Source: a virus (lineage: Duplodnaviria; Caudoviricetes). From it: a stretch of 26,415 bases of DNA. The position numbers were made by a program, and so were the translations under genes. Shown here piece after piece: positions 8,471 to 17,210 of this stretch. Each line of letters opens with the position of its first letter. Positions within the stretch are counted from its first letter, which is position 1. The notes below the pieces were generated by a model. It was not told the DNA's origin and did not search any database. It saw only the letters and a program-made list of their open reading frames with translations. The stretch covers positions 1-26,415 of the IMG/VR virus record IMGVR_UViG_3300049740_001985. The stretch is one strand, 5' to 3'.

Positions 8471-10390
8471 ATGAAAAAAAATGTTTATCTATTTCAACCA
8501 GAGATTTCTTCAGGAACACGACCCGAACATTACTTACCGTATAGTGTAGGATGTATTTGGGCATATTGTAATCAGTTTGAAGACATACAGAATAATTACG
8601 AATTAAAAGATGTAATATGGAAACGTGAACGACAAAAAGACGTATTGGATAGGATAGAAGATCCAGTAGTATGTGCTTTTAGTTGTTATGTATGGAATGA
8701 AAATTGGAATCTTACTTGTGCTAAAAGAATTAAAGAACGTTGGCCCGAATGTATCATTGTATTTGGTGGTCCAAGTGTAAACGAAGATTGGACAAAACAC
8801 GAATATATCGATGTAGCAATGTTTGGTGAGGGAGAAGAAAAATGGGCAGAGTTGCTACATAAAATTTTAAACAACGAAGCTCTAGATAGATACTGGAACA
8901 ATCCAAGACAAAAAGAAATTGAAGATTATCCTAGTCCATATGTTACTGGATTTTTTGATAAAATAATTGCTGACAATCCTGGCGTGTTTTGGTTTATGAT
9001 GTTAGAAACAAATAGAGGATGTCCTTACCATTGTACGTTCTGCGGATGGGGTGCATCTTATTTAAATAAATTAAAAACGTTTGCCTTTGAAAGAGTACAA
9101 GCAGACATAGAATGGGCAATAACTCATAATATACATTGGATCTTTCCTATCGATGCAAACAGCGGTATATTACGAGAACGTGATGTAGAAATAGCACATC
9201 TGATACGTAAAGCAATATTAGATCCAAGAAGTAACATTCGACGTGTAACGTTTAACCATGCAAAAAATCTTAATCCGGCATGTTTTGAAATGGAAAAAAT
9301 AATTCAAGAATGGACTTATGGATTAGAAGTTGCTATACAAAGTTTAAACGTTGATACACTAAAGGCTGTTAAAAGATTTAATATGGGTCTAAATAATATT
9401 GAAAGAACTTATGCCGAATGTAACAAACACGGAATACGGCATTATACTGAACTAGTTCTAGGATTACCCTATGAAACTAAAGATACATACATTAACGGTC
9501 TTATGAAACTTTTAGAGTTAGGGCAACATAACAGTGTAAAAACATATCTTGCAACTGTTATACCTAATAGCGAAATGGATGACCCTGCATATCAAGAAAA
9601 ATACGGTATAAAACTTATACATCCTAAAGACCTATACAGACGTCCTGAAGAAAGGATTTGGGATGAAGAAGATGGTAGTGAAGAAGTAATTGCAATGGTT
9701 AGTGCTACTAATACAGCATCTTCACAAGACCTTGCAGATTGTTTAAGTTTTAGTTGGGTATTGACCCAATTTCATTATGCAGGATATAGTCAAATAATTG
9801 CACAATATCTTAACAACATTGCCGGTATTTCTTATAGAGAATTTTATGATTTTATGTACGAAGAAATAAAATCAGATGAATGGATCGGAGGTTTGCAAAA
9901 AGATGTAGAAGAAATAATGCTTGCATATCTAGTAGACGGAGAAATTCCTCCAGAGAGTAAATGGGGAAATATTGTAGCTCTTACATTACCAGAAAGTTAT
10001 GGTACTCAGGAGTTCTTTGCTCATAAAGATTATGTAATTAATTTAGTAATTAAGATTGCAAATAAATTAATTCAGTTGCCTAAATGTATAGAAGATTTAC
10101 AATATGCATTTATGAAGGACGAAAATAAAGAATATCCGTACCTTATAGATAGTACTGTTGATATTGATAGATGGATCGAAAGTGAGTGTACATACGAAGT
10201 TAGAGATAGATCAAAAGTAAGCCATCAAACAGATCAAATGTATAAAAAGTTTTTACATAAGACCGATTTGTATAATACTACTAATCCTTATAAACATATA
10301 AGTACAAGTGACATTACTAAAGAACAAGAAAAATCATTACAACCAGTAAGTTTAATAGATAGTAAAGTAGAGGAAGGTAGTTTTCATTGA
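8471..10390 (+). CDS. Cobalamin-binding radical SAM enzyme with long C-terminal extension
   Basis: YLPYSVGCIWAY, AFSCYVWN, VFGGPSV and GEGE (B12-binding domain); ETNRGCPYHCTFC; LVLGLPYET. ATG 8471 is preferred over TTG 8468. Confidence 0.9.
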   Translation: MKKNVYLFQPEISSGTRPEHYLPYSVGCIWAYCNQFEDIQNNYELKDVIWKRERQKDVLDRIEDPVVCAFSCYVWNENWNLTCAKRIKERWPECIIVFGGPSVNEDWTKHEYIDVAMFGEGEEKWAELLHKILNNEALDRYWNNPRQKEIEDYPSPYVTGFFDKIIADNPGVFWFMMLETNRGCPYHCTFCGWGASYLNKLKTFAFERVQADIEWAITHNIHWIFPIDANSGILRERDVEIAHLIRKAILDPRSNIRRVTFNHAKNLNPACFEMEKIIQEWTYGLEVAIQSLNVDTLKAVKRFNMGLNNIERTYAECNKHGIRHYTELVLGLPYETKDTYINGLMKLLELGQHNSVKTYLATVIPNSEMDDPAYQEKYGIKLIHPKDLYRRPEERIWDEEDGSEEVIAMVSATNTASSQDLADCLSFSWVLTQFHYAGYSQIIAQYLNNIAGISYREFYDFMYEEIKSDEWIGGLQKDVEEIMLAYLVDGEIPPESKWGNIVALTLPESYGTQEFFAHKDYVINLVIKIANKLIQLPKCIEDLQYAFMKDENKEYPYLIDSTVDIDRWIESECTYEVRDRSKVSHQTDQMYKKFLHKTDLYNTTNPYKHISTSDITKEQEKSLQPVSLIDSKVEEGSFH

Positions 10391-11565
10391 CGCAATTCAC
10401 AGAACAAGCCATTGATCAAATTTTTAAATACATTGGAAACAGAAAAATATTAGATCCTACAGTTTCACTATGTCATCATTGCCATAGTCATATTCCTGCC
10501 TATAGAATGGAAGAAGACGGAATGATTTATTTGGTTAAAAATTGTATTGAACACGGAATTCAACAATATATAATAGAAACTAGTGCAGAATTTTATTATG
10601 GTTTGAAAAAATCTATGGACGATCCTAGGTTTAATATGTCTGGAGGTTTGTTAATAGAAACAACAGATAGATGTAATTTAGATTGTCCCCATTGCTACCA
10701 TTTACCTGATAACGATTCTGCAGATGTAAATAGACAAATATTGATAGACACAATTAAAACATTTCCTATAGACAAGCCAGGAGACGGTATACATAGAATC
10801 ATATTAGCAGGAGCCGAACCTACTTTACGTCCAGACTTTCCACAACTATGTGCAGAAGTAAGTGAAATACACGAATCTCTATACCCAGCAGTAATGACTA
10901 ATGGTATTCGATTTAATAATACAAGATGGCTTAAAGAATCAAAAGCAGCAGGATTAGTTTCTGTAAACGTAGGATTAAATCATCCTTCATATCATAATCA
11001 CAAAGTAATTAGAAATAAACAAGAAACTGCAATTAACAATATTTTTGAGCAAGATTTAGATATGGGGTATATCAGTTATACAATGATAGAAATGAATGAA
11101 TTATCTGATATCTTACAAGAAATTATCGATTCACCGTGGCATCCACATACTTTTAGAGTACGTTTAGGAAGTGAGATAGGTAGAAATGCAACGCAAAATG
11201 TTTATAGACTAAGCACATTATATTATGCTGCTAAGGAATGGTGCGAAAAAAACAATAAAAGTTTTGTCGATATAAATCCTGCAGATAACAATATCTATCA
11301 TATGATGGTAAACATTGAAGGAAAAATAGTAAGGCTAATACAGTGGTGTGACGAAACTAACATAGATATGGAAGAATTACGCACAGGGCCTTGGAATTAC
11401 TTTGTTCCGCATGACGGTATAACAAATTTCTTACATCAAATAATACGCAGGGATACTGCAACTAACAAAGGTTTAGAACTTCCGGACAAAGTTCCTACTA
11501 GATATAATTATAAACCGTATATAGAATACGATAAATCAAAACCTGATTTACTAAAACTGTACTAA
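10387..11565 (+). CDS. Radical SAM enzyme with Tes/MJ0619-like N-terminal metal-binding domain
   Basis: TVSLCHHC...LVKNCIEHG, TDRCNLDCPHC, LAGAEPTLR and MTNGIR. TTG start in a TTGA overlap. Confidence 0.8.
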   Translation: MTQFTEQAIDQIFKYIGNRKILDPTVSLCHHCHSHIPAYRMEEDGMIYLVKNCIEHGIQQYIIETSAEFYYGLKKSMDDPRFNMSGGLLIETTDRCNLDCPHCYHLPDNDSADVNRQILIDTIKTFPIDKPGDGIHRIILAGAEPTLRPDFPQLCAEVSEIHESLYPAVMTNGIRFNNTRWLKESKAAGLVSVNVGLNHPSYHNHKVIRNKQETAINNIFEQDLDMGYISYTMIEMNELSDILQEIIDSPWHPHTFRVRLGSEIGRNATQNVYRLSTLYYAAKEWCEKNNKSFVDINPADNNIYHMMVNIEGKIVRLIQWCDETNIDMEELRTGPWNYFVPHDGITNFLHQIIRRDTATNKGLELPDKVPTRYNYKPYIEYDKSKPDLLKLY

Positions 11566-11571
11566 ACGTAA

Positions 11572-11579
11572 TATAAATA
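11572..11579 (+). promoter_or_regulatory. T4-type late promoter box TATAAATA
   Basis: Exact TATAAATA in an 18-nt intergenic gap, 4 nt before ATG 11584 and 7 nt before ATG 11587. Confidence 0.65.
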
Positions 11580-11583
11580 TTTT

Positions 11584-12453
11584 ATGATGGAAAAAATAGT
11601 CATTTCTGGTTGCAGTGTAACTGCTGGCATAGAACTTTGGGAAGAAGAACATATTCCACAATATTCTAAATTATCAACACCCGAAAATCAAAAAATAAAT
11701 TTTTCACACAAAAAAGGTAGTGTTGTATTTGACAAATTAAATATGTTTAACACTAAAAATATTAAACATAATGTATCTCGAGAAGAGATTGTTGCATATA
11801 ACAAAAAGTTTGCATATCCGTCATTATTAAGTAAAAACTTACAAGTACCTGTCGATAACATTGCTGAGCAAGGAATTTCTAATAAAGAAATTGCTCTTCG
11901 AACGTTAAAATATTTTCCAAAAAATTATTATACAAATACTATAGCAATCATACAGATGACAACTCACAATCGATTAATGCTAACTTATTCTCAAACCGAA
12001 GCTGCAAGTATTGTTTTACAACCTACTCAACCTATTCATTTTTTAACTAGAGCGCAAAATAATATTTTGCAAGAATACTTTTTTGAGTTTTTTAGTGAAT
12101 CACTGACTATGCAAGAAGACTATATGTCTATACTTTACACAATACATAAATTAAATTTAAAAAATATAATTTGTTATGTGTTGCCAATTTCATCATCTAA
12201 ACTAAATCAACCACGTGACGAATATCATTATAAAGTTAACGACAATATTACAATAACACATACAGATAATTCTTTTGAGTTAACTCCAGTAGAAAATATG
12301 TTATTCGATGATATGAATCAATTTAAACTATTAGAGCAGTCTTTAGAAGAAGTTAGTAATTATTGTTATTTGCCGCATTATCATTTTTCACACAATGCTC
12401 ATAAATTAATAAGCGAACGCATATCTGAAAGAATAAAATGTTTGCATTTTTAA
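11584..12453 (+). CDS. SGNH/GDSL hydrolase-like protein (GCS variant)
   Basis: ISGCSVTAG (block I), NIAEQGISN (block II) and C-terminal HYHFSHNAH. Confidence 0.65.
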   Translation: MMEKIVISGCSVTAGIELWEEEHIPQYSKLSTPENQKINFSHKKGSVVFDKLNMFNTKNIKHNVSREEIVAYNKKFAYPSLLSKNLQVPVDNIAEQGISNKEIALRTLKYFPKNYYTNTIAIIQMTTHNRLMLTYSQTEAASIVLQPTQPIHFLTRAQNNILQEYFFEFFSESLTMQEDYMSILYTIHKLNLKNIICYVLPISSSKLNQPRDEYHYKVNDNITITHTDNSFELTPVENMLFDDMNQFKLLEQSLEEVSNYCYLPHYHFSHNAHKLISERISERIKCLHF

Positions 12454-12530
12454 AATCAATGTATTTAAGAATTAAATACAGAAAGAAAATTAAATCTCTT
12501 AAGAAAAGCACAAGATATATTTACAAATAG
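12438..12530 (+). CDS. 30-aa basic small protein MFAFLKSMYLRIKYRKKIKSLKKSTRYIYK (not in ORF track)
   Basis: Runs ATG 12438 to TAG 12530 and fills the largest apparent gap. It has a hydrophobic N-terminus, is K/R-rich and ends in IYK. Confidence 0.6.
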   Translation: MFAFLKSMYLRIKYRKKIKSLKKSTRYIYK

Positions 12531-12555
12531 ACTTGTTAAATTTAAAGGAATAAAG

Positions 12556-13227
12556 GTGTTTAACAATATTGCATACTTACCAATTGACATAGAAGTCAAT
12601 TTACCTGACGAATCTGAAGTATTAAAACATTTTCACGCAATAGGAGCCATTGCAGATCACATGCCCTGTGCTAGTGGATTATGGCAAACTTATCCTATAT
12701 TTGGAAGAATGCTAAGAGACGAGTGGAATGACGTAGATATATACCAACATCATAAAAAGCATTCAAGTGTATTAATGGATAGCGTTGGACAATACTATGA
12801 TAACTTTGATACTAAATTTCCGCAAATTGCTTCCGTTATAGATCAATTGCCGTATAAACAATTAAGTTTAGTAATGGCATTAGAACAAACAAGTGATGTA
12901 CCAATCCATAAAGATAGAGAAGATTTTGAAATAGTCGACGATGATACAAAATTATTAGACCCAAAGCGCTATAATATATTACTTACAAAACACGAATACA
13001 AAAGTTTTTTTCTTTCTGAAACTGATAATGGTGATAGAATTTATCCTAAAATAGATAAAAGTAATCCTGTGTTTTGTTTGTCACACGACAAATACTATCA
13101 CGGTGCTACAATGGCCGGGCCAGGAAAAGTCATGGTAGCAATCGGCGGAATAATTGATGTGGAAAAACACAATGCGCTATTGGAAAAAAGTTTTAACAAG
13201 TTTGAAGATCAATCCATTATTTTTTGA
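12556..13227 (+). CDS. Hypothetical protein, probable 2OG-Fe(II)/cupin-fold oxygenase
   Basis: Candidate HxD...H triad (VPIHKD...YYHGA). GTG start preceded by AAGGA. Confidence 0.55.
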   Translation: MFNNIAYLPIDIEVNLPDESEVLKHFHAIGAIADHMPCASGLWQTYPIFGRMLRDEWNDVDIYQHHKKHSSVLMDSVGQYYDNFDTKFPQIASVIDQLPYKQLSLVMALEQTSDVPIHKDREDFEIVDDDTKLLDPKRYNILLTKHEYKSFFLSETDNGDRIYPKIDKSNPVFCLSHDKYYHGATMAGPGKVMVAIGGIIDVEKHNALLEKSFNKFEDQSIIF

Positions 13228-13811
13228 CCGATAAGCATAAATCTTTTATACTTTTCAGTTTGCAACTCTGCTTTCCATGTAACATTAATCTTACTCATCT
13301 CTACAAAGTCTTCTAAGTCAGTAGCACATCTTATATGCTCATCTAACTCGAAATAGTCGTTACTCTGTAATACTATCATAGCTTGTTCTGGTATGTTACT
13401 TAGCCAAGTTTCGTATTGCTGTTGAGTGATATGTTCACAACTTGTGTTGATTACTAAATGTGCATCGTACTTGTAGTTGCACATGTCAGCTGTTACTGCT
13501 TTGAATTTGCCTTCCATTTCATAACGCTTATTTACAGTGTTTGCAATTTCTTCGCAAGTAGGATCTATATCAACGCTAGTAATACTTTTAATATCTGGCC
13601 GAACATTGAAAAGAATACTTGCTAACACTCCGTTCCACCCTCCGAATATTACTATATCTTTTAAACCTATATACCAATTGTTTAGCTGATCGCTAAGCCA
13701 AACTTTACTTCGAACTTGTCCTTTCCAAAAACTTTCAAGTGTGCGATATCTATCTTCGCTGTTACGGATTGCATCCATCCAAAACAAGACATCTTCTATT
13801 TCAACTTTCAT
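13209..13811 (-). CDS. Class I SAM-dependent methyltransferase-like protein (phage family)
   Basis: IVIFGGWNGVLA, SVDIDP, VTADM, VINTSCEH and LQSNDY. Confidence 0.75.
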   Translation of the reverse strand: MKVEIEDVLFWMDAIRNSEDRYRTLESFWKGQVRSKVWLSDQLNNWYIGLKDIVIFGGWNGVLASILFNVRPDIKSITSVDIDPTCEEIANTVNKRYEMEGKFKAVTADMCNYKYDAHLVINTSCEHITQQQYETWLSNIPEQAMIVLQSNDYFELDEHIRCATDLEDFVEMSKINVTWKAELQTEKYKRFMLIGQKIMD

Positions 13812-14806
13812 ATTTTTACCTTAGGAATTTTTGAGTCAGCACTGCTTACACAAGTATCAGTGACACATTTAGATGGTGCCTTAAACAGCGTAAAACCGTC
13901 TTGTAGTGTGCCTAACGGTTCTTCACTACAACTATAACTCCGCTTTACTTCATTACCTCGTATAACGCATCCTTGATATCCTGCATTACAAGTCCATCCT
14001 TTAAACTTATTAAAACCAAAGGCGTTAAACCGCTCGGCTTGATCAACATTATATATGTTGCCTGCATCATCTTGTAATTCTACTTGGTATAAAGGAATTA
14101 TTTTTTTATATCTGTCTGGGATTCTTTGAGGGAACCCTGTTTGCATCTGTCCAAGTTGGCTTGGTGTATATCCATGTACCACGAAGGAGGCAGTGGGGTC
14201 GGATTGAGGTTTGAGAGTGACATTAATACCTCTGGCGGCAAATCGTTCACAGCGTTCGTAAAGCGTGTCGAACATCTCTGGAACCATGACTTGATTGATT
14301 GTAACAAATACTTCATTTTCAGCTAATAAGAGACACTTATCTCCAAACTCCTGTTCATTAGCAAACTCAGCGTGGTAACTCGCCGTGATGCTTTTTCTTT
14401 GCAGTGTGTCTGTGTTAAGTATCCACTTGTTCCACCATTTCACTCCTGGTGATAGATTTGTGGTCATATGAATACTTTGGTATTCGGGTGCTGTATCCCT
14501 ACAGTAATGATCTATGATCTCCCCAAAGTATTTATACGCTGTAGGCTCGCCTCCACTGAACGAAAAATGAAAATCTGTAAAACCGTTGTCTCTTGCCTGT
14601 GCCTTGATACTATCTAGTGTGTGTAAGTACAATTCTAGATCTTGATGGTCAGGGGTACTAGATCTAGCGTATGGCCAGCAATAACTGCATGAATAATTAC
14701 AAAATCTAGCCAGTATCCAAGAAACTGTGAAAAGATGGCTCTTTAGGAGTGTCTTCTGTCCAAATTGGGTAATTTTATCCCAGGGTATTGTTTGAAAATT
14801 GTTCAT
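13808..14806 (-). CDS. Radical SAM enzyme with C-terminal twitch/SPASM-like cysteines
   Basis: CNYSCSYC, FSGGEPT and MTTNLS; C-terminal WTCNAG...YSC...CVTDTC. Start at ATG 14806 (alternative 14824). Confidence 0.88.
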   Translation of the reverse strand: MNNFQTIPWDKITQFGQKTLLKSHLFTVSWILARFCNYSCSYCWPYARSSTPDHQDLELYLHTLDSIKAQARDNGFTDFHFSFSGGEPTAYKYFGEIIDHYCRDTAPEYQSIHMTTNLSPGVKWWNKWILNTDTLQRKSITASYHAEFANEQEFGDKCLLLAENEVFVTINQVMVPEMFDTLYERCERFAARGINVTLKPQSDPTASFVVHGYTPSQLGQMQTGFPQRIPDRYKKIIPLYQVELQDDAGNIYNVDQAERFNAFGFNKFKGWTCNAGYQGCVIRGNEVKRSYSCSEEPLGTLQDGFTLFKAPSKCVTDTCVSSADSKIPKVKI

Positions 14807-15461
14807 GCAACCAATCGAAATCATTTATTCTACGCAAATCTTGCGGTGATTGTGCGTATTTTTCTCCGTATTCTCTTCCCTCTTCGGCGCCACGCTTTGC
14901 TTCATCTCTATAAAGCGCATCCGATATCGGATGTAGCCACGCTTCTAATCGTTCTTCAGTTTCATTATTAAGTTGGCCTTGTATAGACTTACTTGATAAT
15001 TTTGCACATTCTCTAAATGCGCTTTTCCAAGTATTAAACGGATCTGTGTTAAATGCAGTAACGTTGCTTATTTCACTCATTACTCGAAAATTGTCACTAA
15101 TACTTGTAGTCATATCTGCTTTACTAGTATCCATTTTAATTGTCATACGCCGAGGAAAAAGTTTTACACCACCGTATCCATATTCCAAACCATTTACAGG
15201 ATTCTTACTGCGCCAAACATGTACATGATCTAACTGATGATCTGGAACTTCATAATCAAAATTAAAGGAATCTAAAATTTGTGCATCACCGTCAACAATC
15301 CAAAACATTTTAGTAAAACATTTCTTTGCAGCGGCAATATGTGCTTGATGTATTCCTTTTACTCCGTCAACAGGCTTAGTCATAGGAAATCGTTCTTTTA
15401 GTGCAGCATAATTTTCAGCAGCATTCGGTTCTTTATAACTTATAAAAACAATGTCATACAT
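14775..15461 (-). CDS. Glycosyltransferase-like protein (GT-A fold, DxD)
   Basis: YDIVFISYKEP, GVKGIHQAH and FWIVDGDA (DxD), YGYGGVKL. Confidence 0.6.
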   Translation of the reverse strand: MYDIVFISYKEPNAAENYAALKERFPMTKPVDGVKGIHQAHIAAAKKCFTKMFWIVDGDAQILDSFNFDYEVPDHQLDHVHVWRSKNPVNGLEYGYGGVKLFPRRMTIKMDTSKADMTTSISDNFRVMSEISNVTAFNTDPFNTWKSAFRECAKLSSKSIQGQLNNETEERLEAWLHPISDALYRDEAKRGAEEGREYGEKYAQSPQDLRRINDFDWLHEQFSNNTLG

Positions 15462-15741
15462 CAAATATCCAGTCAGCTTTATCGTCTACCCATACATCAT
15501 AATGAGGTTTTTGCATCCACAAGTTGTGATATTTAACTCCCCACGAAAACAATTGTTCTTTAGTTAACGCTGTCCAGTCTATACCTGAATTAGCTCCTCG
15601 AGCTGTCCAATATACTATTATATGTCCGTCCATATATAGTTCGTTAATTTTAGTTATATGTTCATAGTTAGGTTTTGAGTTATGGTAATCACTATTTTCA
15701 GTATAGCATATTGTTCCGTCAATGTCAACTACATATTTCAT
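15454..15741 (-). CDS. Minimal HAD-superfamily phosphatase
   Basis: VVDIDGTI (motif I), WTARG (II) and KP...VDDK (III/IV). Confidence 0.85.
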   Translation of the reverse strand: MKYVVDIDGTICYTENSDYHNSKPNYEHITKINELYMDGHIIVYWTARGANSGIDWTALTKEQLFSWGVKYHNLWMQKPHYDVWVDDKADWIFDV

Positions 15742-16097
15742 TTTTGACTATCCCCTTTGCCAACTCTATAATTATCTTCAACACTATCGGGTGTACTAAC
15801 TTCTACTAGTGTGCCTGCTTCTAAACAAATTATTTGATGCGGTAGTAATGGAGGATTATGCCAAGAGTCTCCTACACGTAATTCATGTACCTCTATATCA
15901 GCTGTTTTAGTATCAATTATACGGACTTCAAAATGTCCTGATAGCACATGCCAAGTTTCGTCTTTTTCTCTATGAAAGTGCATACTGAATTTTGCACCCG
16001 TATTAAAATTTAACAATTTACCGCAATATAAGTCGTTAGTAGCAAATATTAATTCACTACCCCAACCCTTTTCTACATGTCCTTTTAGTCTCTGCAT
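15738..16097 (-). CDS. Cupin-fold sugar-phosphate isomerase-like protein
   Basis: VEKGWGSE, YCGKLL, SMHFHREKDETWHVLSG, PLLPHQ and EVST. Confidence 0.75.
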   Translation of the reverse strand: MQRLKGHVEKGWGSELIFATNDLYCGKLLNFNTGAKFSMHFHREKDETWHVLSGHFEVRIIDTKTADIEVHELRVGDSWHNPPLLPHQIICLEAGTLVEVSTPDSVEDNYRVGKGDSQK

Positions 16098-16852
16098 ATT
16101 TCTTCCAATCTCGGGGCATATACGCCTCTATGTTGTACAGAAATTTGGCTAGACTTTATTGCAAATTCTATTGCCGTTTCTTTATTATCAGTTAACATAT
16201 AATATGTAACAAATGCTGCAAAGAAACTATCTCCTGCGCCAGTTACATCGGCTATTTCTATTGGTTCTACATGATGAGTAGATGTTGTTTTACCATTTTC
16301 TATAACAAGCACATCTTTATCAGCTCGAGTTACAACTAAACTTTCTGCTTCCGATGTAGCATCATTATATTCATGTTCATTTATTTTTACTATGCAATTT
16401 CTAAATCTTGCAAGATCAGGTTTCTTAGTATCAATAAATATCGGAACAGTTGCATTATTAGTTATTTCTTCTATTAAATCATAAGGAACTAACCCTTTGT
16501 CATAATCTGGTATTACTATACAATCATATACACCAGCATACGACAACTTTACTTCTTGACTCTTAACCTTTTCATCAACTCTATAAACTTGCCTATAGGA
16601 TCCTTTTTCAATATACCTATGCTTATTTTCTACAACATAAGTTTGCAAATTAATATTTTTTACGCCCAGCGCTTTAAAGTTTTCTGCAACATTATAACTC
16701 ATGCCGTATGCACTTTCAGTATACATAAGATCAAAAATAGGCACAGGTGCTTCTTGGCTTATACGAGTTACTTTGCCGTAATGATTTAGATCACAACAAC
16801 CGTCACCTATTATTAATATATTCAATGATCTTTGTTGAAGAATATCTTGCAT
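16085..16852 (-). CDS. hldA: HldE/RfaE domain I-like sugar-phosphate kinase (PfkB family)
   Basis: ILIIGD, VTRISQEAPVP, DYDKG, IDTK, KINEHE and DVTGAGDSF. Start uncertain (16825 TTG, 16852 ATG or 16882 ATG). Confidence 0.8.
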   Translation of the reverse strand: MQDILQQRSLNILIIGDGCCDLNHYGKVTRISQEAPVPIFDLMYTESAYGMSYNVAENFKALGVKNINLQTYVVENKHRYIEKGSYRQVYRVDEKVKSQEVKLSYAGVYDCIVIPDYDKGLVPYDLIEEITNNATVPIFIDTKKPDLARFRNCIVKINEHEYNDATSEAESLVVTRADKDVLVIENGKTTSTHHVEPIEIADVTGAGDSFFAAFVTYYMLTDNKETAIEFAIKSSQISVQHRGVYAPRLEEICRD

Positions 16853-17210
16853 CTCTTTCAAAGAAAAACAATTCTTTTGCATATTCGCTTCCTATAACTC
16901 TTTTATTTACATAGTCTGATCCAACTATCATTAAATCTGGACCATATTCTTTTACAGTAGTCGTAAGCTCGTCGTCTGTTCCAAACAAACTAACTTCGTC
17001 AATAAATTTAATACATTCTAGCATACGCCTACGTATATCTTGATTGTTGATAGGTCTATCAAAACCTTTATTTGCTTTTATTCGTTCGTCAGTATCTATT
17101 GCTACTTTTAAATAGTCGCCTTGAGATTTTGCATATTCAAATAACGCCATGTGTCCTGGGTGCAATATATCAAAAGTTCCGTTTACAAATATCTTCACGA
17201 TAAAATCCAT
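16803..17210 (-). CDS. Cytidylyltransferase-family nucleotidyltransferase (HldE domain II / TagD-like)
   Basis: NGTFDILHPGH (HxGH), KGFDRPIN, VGSDY and YSSTKII. The start may be GTG 17198. Confidence 0.88.
   Translation of the reverse strand: MDFIVKIFVNGTFDILHPGHMALFEYAKSQGDYLKVAIDTDERIKANKGFDRPINNQDIRRRMLECIKFIDEVSLFGTDDELTTTVKEYGPDLMIVGSDYVNKRVIGSEYAKELFFFERDARYSSTKIIEYINNR

Noticed and set aside
4605-8901. Short minus-strand ORFs 4605-4805, 5425-5760, 6165-6404, 8603-8800 and 8686-8901
   Set aside because: They are antisense shadows of well-supported genes and have no motifs.
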